A DNA stretch of 42,484 nucleotides, taken from IMG/VR virus record IMGVR_UViG_3300045988_021623, positions 1 through 42,484 of that record. The stretch is one strand, 5' to 3'. How positions within the stretch are numbered: the first letter of the stretch is position 1; each line of letters begins with the position of its first letter. Under the pieces are notes generated by a model that was not told the DNA's origin, made no database searches, and worked only from the letters and a program-made list of their open reading frames with translations. Shown one piece after another: positions 38,186 through 42,484 of this stretch. Both the position numbers and the translations under genes were made by a program. This DNA is from a virus.

Positions 38186-39616
38186 TCACTCAATCTCTTC
38201 TTCCGGCTCTTTTGTCATGTCCTGCATCTTCGGCAGCGCCGCCTTTGCGGTCGCTTCGTCCTCGTTCATCCACCGCATGCGGAATTCCCAATCGTTCATA
38301 ATGCCCGCCTGCAAGAGCTGCATATCACGGGAAAAGTCGGTCTGCTTGTCCTCAATGATGCTGTCATCAAAATCGATGGAGATCTCCACATCCTCATTCA
38401 GCCCAGCATTCATGGCCGTGTTGCCCAGCCGAAGCAGAATGCGGCACAGCTCCACGAGCGCTTGTTCCAGCACGATCTCATGCTTTTTAATGGTGCGGAA
38501 CATGGTGGAGTTCTCGCTGATAACTTGCGTTGCTGTCGCGACGCTGCCGCCGTCGAAACGGTAATAGGTTTCGCCGAAGCCACACTTGCTGGACAGTGCG
38601 TTCAGTTGGTCTTGAAGTCCTACATTCAGCTGCTCAGTTCTGAGCGTCGGGGAAATTGTCTCTACGACGTTTCCTTGCTGCGTATCCTCCGGAAGCAGAT
38701 AGAAACGCCGGTCATGGTCATCAAGCGTCGGTTCACCGTCTTCCCACCTTGTGGCGGGGATTTTGACCATCATCATCATCGGGCCGTTTTCGAACTCGTT
38801 GACGTAGCAGTCATAGGCACAGTCAACGCCGCGCAGAACGTCGATTGCATTTGCATACACAGGGATACCAACCGGAAGCAGGTAGTCAAGATTATTTGCG
38901 ATGTTCGGTCTGTCGATGACGAACTGCCTCTTGTCGCTTCCCGTATGTACCACAGGGGGGATTCGCTCAAAGCCCGGAACATCGGTGAGCAGCGCGTCGG
39001 CAAGCGTTTCGTTTTCGTATCGGTAAATGATGTTCTCGATGACGTAAAGTCCGTTTTCGTCTTTCCGGTGAATCTGCAAATACAGATAGTTTTTTCCAGC
39101 CCGTGTGACCACGCTGTCAAAAGCACACTCTGAAATAAAGCCATTCTGCCAAGCCAGCGGAAAGATGTGCTCAATCGTCACATAGTCCAGCTCGATTCCG
39201 GAAACATCTCCCGGTATAACCTCGCCACTTTCGTTAACGGCCTGCCCAACCACACGCGGAATGTATGCCACGGTTCCGAGCGCTGACTTCATTTCCTGCA
39301 TTTCGTTTGCCTTGACCGTGAAGTTGTTCGCCGTCAGAACCCTGTCAATAAACTCCTGTTCCTTCTGGCCTTCAAGCGTGATCTGGACTTTCTCATTCAT
39401 CAAGAGGTTTGCCCAGTCCTCACAAACCTTTTTCGCCATACCGAGACTTGCACGGTTGCACTTTGTCCACTTATGCCCGTTATATCGCCGGTATTGATGA
39501 AAATCCTTTACTTTACCCACATACCAGGACTTCCAGAGGTCAACTTGGCTGTAGAACTCTTCCGGGATTGTCGTATAGCCAAGTTTTTTTAACTTTTGGA
39601 TAACTGCACTGCTCAT
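38186..39616 (-). CDS. Portal protein (SPP1 gp6-like)
   Basis: 476 aa between TerL and the MuF-like gene, with an acidic C-terminus. Confidence 0.85.
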   Translation of the reverse strand: MSSAVIQKLKKLGYTTIPEEFYSQVDLWKSWYVGKVKDFHQYRRYNGHKWTKCNRASLGMAKKVCEDWANLLMNEKVQITLEGQKEQEFIDRVLTANNFTVKANEMQEMKSALGTVAYIPRVVGQAVNESGEVIPGDVSGIELDYVTIEHIFPLAWQNGFISECAFDSVVTRAGKNYLYLQIHRKDENGLYVIENIIYRYENETLADALLTDVPGFERIPPVVHTGSDKRQFVIDRPNIANNLDYLLPVGIPVYANAIDVLRGVDCAYDCYVNEFENGPMMMMVKIPATRWEDGEPTLDDHDRRFYLLPEDTQQGNVVETISPTLRTEQLNVGLQDQLNALSSKCGFGETYYRFDGGSVATATQVISENSTMFRTIKKHEIVLEQALVELCRILLRLGNTAMNAGLNEDVEISIDFDDSIIEDKQTDFSRDMQLLQAGIMNDWEFRMRWMNEDEATAKAALPKMQDMTKEPEEEIE

Positions 39617-40854
39617 GCAATAACTCCCATTCTGCGGCTGACAGGCTCTAATGCATATCTCGTCGCGTCAATCAGGTGGTTGTTCGCGTCAGGGTAGCCG
39701 CTAATAATGTCGCCGTCTTTGTTTCTTTCGTATTCGTATCCCACAAACTCATTGTAAGCGTTTGGTGTGCGTCGCCTATCAATGACGATTGTTCTCCGCT
39801 GCAAGAACTTCATGCCATATTCCACAGAGCCGGGGCCTTTGACCGCTTCATATGCAGGTAGCCCCATTGCGCGCAGGTCAGCAACGCTTTTCGGTTCGGC
39901 GTTGTCGCATATTGTTCTCACGTTGTTATATCCGCGCTGCTTAATCATGGTCGCGCTTTGCTCGTTGGATAATTTGTTTTGGTAAATCTCGTCCAGCAGA
40001 TAGATGGTCTCTCGCGCCCGATCATAATGCAGCCGGATAAAAGCAAACGGGTCTGGGAACCAGCCGAAGTCCACCCCCTGATAGATGCGGTCGAAACTCT
40101 TGACTTCTTCATCGGCAATCTCCCGTAGCTCCAGCTTGTCAAACACGTTCCCGCCCGTTCCGACCGGAATGCCGAGATATTCGTGCTGATATGCACGCTC
40201 GTCCGTCTCTTTTAAGTGTTCCGCCTCATCGATAAACTGCTGTCCCAGCCACTCAGGCGGGGCTTGCAAGTACGTTGACTTGTGGCACAAGCGGTCGGCG
40301 CGTTCCTCCAAGCTGTCCTTGTTTGCCCAGTTGTCTCGCGAGATAGGCGGGTTATAGCTCTCAAAGTTCCAAAACACCGAGCCGCCGCGCATGGTAGACT
40401 GCAAAATGGTTCGGATTTCCGCGCGTCCGGCAAACTGGTCTTTTTCCTCAAAGTGCGTCACGGCGATATAGCCAAACGGCACCTTGATAGACTTGATCTT
40501 CATCGGGTCGTCAGCGCCGCGAAACATGATCTTCTGCCCGGTAGGCTTATAAATCAGCTCCATCGGGGATACCTTTGCTTCCCAATACGCCGCCATGCCC
40601 AGTTCACCGATTGCCCAGATATACTGCGCGTATACGCTGTCACGAATGGTATTTGCCACCTTACGCAGCACCAGCGCGTGTGTACCCGGATTGTTTATCA
40701 GCAGCAGGGGGACGAGTACAGACACCGTGGAGGATTTTAGTGAGCCGCGCCCACCGCTGAAATCGTAGTGCGTGTGACCGTGGTGGAACACGTCATGCGC
40801 CACGGCGTAGAACGCAGAGCCGATTTTTTCAGACAGGCGAATGTCAGACATCAA
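39613..40854 (-). CDS. terL: Terminase large subunit (PBSX-type)
   Basis: Walker A-like FSGGRGSLKS and Walker B-like ALVLRK, with a C-terminal RNaseH-like nuclease region (GVDFGW...D). 413 aa. Confidence 0.9.
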   Translation of the reverse strand: MMSDIRLSEKIGSAFYAVAHDVFHHGHTHYDFSGGRGSLKSSTVSVLVPLLLINNPGTHALVLRKVANTIRDSVYAQYIWAIGELGMAAYWEAKVSPMELIYKPTGQKIMFRGADDPMKIKSIKVPFGYIAVTHFEEKDQFAGRAEIRTILQSTMRGGSVFWNFESYNPPISRDNWANKDSLEERADRLCHKSTYLQAPPEWLGQQFIDEAEHLKETDERAYQHEYLGIPVGTGGNVFDKLELREIADEEVKSFDRIYQGVDFGWFPDPFAFIRLHYDRARETIYLLDEIYQNKLSNEQSATMIKQRGYNNVRTICDNAEPKSVADLRAMGLPAYEAVKGPGSVEYGMKFLQRRTIVIDRRRTPNAYNEFVGYEYERNKDGDIISGYPDANNHLIDATRYALEPVSRRMGVIA

Positions 40855-41170
40855 TTATCACCTTGACACCCTCTGTGTTGATGTTCTGCTCCACAATATC
40901 CTTCTGGTCGAGGTACTGTTTCCCCAGCCAAATAGCCATATTCGCGTTCTTTTCAGCCAATCGCCACTGACTTCTCCGCAGTGAAATTTTCCCCGCTCCT
41001 CGCTTTTGCTTAAATACCTCGGAAAAACTGGCATGATAGGTGCGTTTACACCAACTATCCAATGTTTTATCGGTCACATCAAACCAGCCGCAGATTTCCT
41101 CAAGCGTGCATTGCAGGCCGCAGAGGTTCTCGAACTGCTTCTGGTCTATTTCCTTTCTTGGCCTTGCCAT
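40844..41170 (-). CDS. terS: Terminase small subunit
   Basis: MARPRKEIDQKQFENLCGLQCTLEEICGWFDVTDKTLDSWCKR is an HTH. The ORF overlaps the TerL start. Confidence 0.65.
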   Translation of the reverse strand: MARPRKEIDQKQFENLCGLQCTLEEICGWFDVTDKTLDSWCKRTYHASFSEVFKQKRGAGKISLRRSQWRLAEKNANMAIWLGKQYLDQKDIVEQNINTEGVKVIIDV

Positions 41171-41265
41171 ACGCGCCCTCCTTTCTCTGCTGGCGTTTGA
41201 TAAACTTCTCCATATCCCGCTTTAGGTGCGGGCTGCTTGTTTTGGCGATGATCGCCCGCGCTTCT

Positions 41266-42426
41266 TCAATCGTCATGCAGAAGCACCGCCTTTCCCCCTG
41301 TCAGGTTTTCCCATCGCTTTACAATCACGTCGCAATAGCGCGGGTCAAATTCCATAGCGTAAGCATTTCTGCCGTTTTGCTCACATGCAACAACGGTTGT
41401 TCCACTTCCCGCAAATAGGTCAAGCACAATATCGCCGCCCTTGGTGTTGTTTTTGATCTGATAGTCAAAAAGCGCAACGGGCTTCATTGTCGGGTGCTCT
41501 TTGTTCTTCGTCGGTCGGTCAAACTCAAGCACCGTTGTCTGCTTCCTGTCAGATGCCCACAAATGCCCCGCTCCAGATTTCCAACCGTAAAGGCAAGGCT
41601 CGTGTTTCCACTGATAGTCTTGCCGTCCAATAACCATTGCGTTTTTAACCCAAATCAAAACCTGTCGGACTTCCCACCCGATCATCTGGCACGCCATTCT
41701 GAAAACGTACGCCTTCGAATCGGCGTGCCAGATGTAAAACACCGCGCCGGGCTTCATCACGGAATTGGCCGATTCAAATGCCGCCTGCAAAAATGCAATA
41801 AACTCGTCATCACTTTTTGCATCATTCTCGATCTTGAGCGCGTCCTTTGTCTTGCCCGTATAATCAACACCATACGGCGGGTCTGTAAGCAAAAGATCTG
41901 CTTGTGCCCCCCCCATGAGCTTTTGTACGCAATCCGTGGACGTGCTGTCTCCGCACATCAGCCTATGTCTGCCCAACTGCCAAATATCACCCATCTTGGT
42001 AATGGGCTCCGATTCTTCGTCAACCTCCGGTGCTTCGTCCTCAATGACTTCATCTGTTGTGTCTTCCGGCAAGCCCCAATCAAAATCAAACGCCGACAGG
42101 TCAAGACCAGGGAGCTCATCAGCCAGGAGGTCAAAGTCCCAGTCGCTCTCGTTGCTCTTGTTATCCACCAGCCGCAGGGCGTTCACCTGCTCCGGTGTCA
42201 GATCGTCCACGCAGACGCAAGGCACTTCTTCCATGCCCAGTTTCTTCGCCGCCAGAGCGCGGCAATGCCCGATTACGATCACGCCGTCACGGTCAATCAC
42301 AATCGGCTGTACAAATCCGTACTGCTTGATGCTCTCCGCAACGTTGTTGATTTGCCGCTTATCATGCTTTTTTGCGTTTGCGGCATACGGTACAATATCC
42401 GCAAGCCGCCGCTTTGTGATTTCCAT
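41266..42426 (-). CDS. ParB-like nuclease domain fused to N6-adenine/N4-cytosine DNA methyltransferase
   Basis: N-terminal ParB/Srx motif PIVIDRDGVIVIGHCR. The methyltransferase has motif IV LLLTDPPYG and a C-terminal SAM-binding LDLFAGSGTT. Confidence 0.85.
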   Translation of the reverse strand: MEITKRRLADIVPYAANAKKHDKRQINNVAESIKQYGFVQPIVIDRDGVIVIGHCRALAAKKLGMEEVPCVCVDDLTPEQVNALRLVDNKSNESDWDFDLLADELPGLDLSAFDFDWGLPEDTTDEVIEDEAPEVDEESEPITKMGDIWQLGRHRLMCGDSTSTDCVQKLMGGAQADLLLTDPPYGVDYTGKTKDALKIENDAKSDDEFIAFLQAAFESANSVMKPGAVFYIWHADSKAYVFRMACQMIGWEVRQVLIWVKNAMVIGRQDYQWKHEPCLYGWKSGAGHLWASDRKQTTVLEFDRPTKNKEHPTMKPVALFDYQIKNNTKGGDIVLDLFAGSGTTVVACEQNGRNAYAMEFDPRYCDVIVKRWENLTGGKAVLLHDD

Positions 42427-42484
42427 GCCATCCTCCTGTTTTGCTACCAGCCCCCGCCCCTTGGCCTTACATAGCAGACTTTAC
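42366..42484. repeat. Terminal direct repeat copy 2 (identical to 1..119)
   Basis: Exact 119-bp identity with the window start. Confidence 0.95.

Noticed and set aside
41171-41265. Small minus-strand ORF starting MEKFIKRQQRKEGAYGKAKK between the methylase and terS
   Set aside because: It runs out of frame into terS, it has no clear RBS, and the translated sequence is low-complexity.
41494-42474. 326-aa plus-strand ORF
   Set aside because: It is antisense to the ParB-methyltransferase gene, whose motifs are unambiguous.

Overview
The window is one complete, circularly closed genome of a temperate siphovirus-like phage or excised prophage. The unit length is about 42,365 bp, and bases 1-119 are identical to 42366-42484. 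The protein set looks like that of a fairly GC-rich Firmicute (Clostridia-type) host.

Nearly all genes lie on the minus strand. Read in the direction of transcription, which wraps through the junction, the order is:
- cro-like switch (13111)
- early, replication and recombination genes (12880 down to 6091): Gp157, NinB-like, SSB, replisome organizer with internal iterons, DnaC-like loader, DUF1064
- small accessory and anti-defence candidates (5874 down to 562): Dcm-like protein, Lar-like protein, HNH endonuclease, DUF2829/Tad2-like protein, RinA-like activator
- a tRNA-like gene (414-341)
- ParB-domain methyltransferase, TerS, TerL, portal, MuF-like protein, scaffold, HK97-type capsid with an Ig-like domain, connectors, major tail, chaperones, tape measure, tail tip and fibres (42426 down to 22595)
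- lysis cassette (22570 down to 21259)

Three blocks are on the plus strand:
- the lysogeny module (13190-16290), with XRE regulators and a tyrosine integrase, followed by an attP-like site that mimics a tmRNA/tRNA-Ala 3' end
- a four-gene moron driven by a perfect consensus promoter (19890-20939)
- an AT-rich membrane-protein moron inside the tail operon (31079-31717)

Five things stand out:
1. A roughly 740-bp ORF-free, strand-skewed, repeat-rich and hairpin-rich region inside the early operon (11544-12286). It sits next to a 197-aa protein with a RAMP-like glycine-rich C-terminus.
2. An eight-gene island of unknown function between the lysis genes and attP (16532-19773). It encodes a papain-like peptidase, Q/P-rich proteins, a Gly/Cys-rich membrane protein and a BclA/C1q-like protein, with an orphan sigma-region-4-like gene nearby.
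3. The control region of that island, which has four TGGTCA repeats phased at 11 bp.
4. A tRNA-like gene with a non-canonical anticodon loop.
5. Several anti-defence candidates.

All functional calls come from reading motifs by eye. No database search was run.
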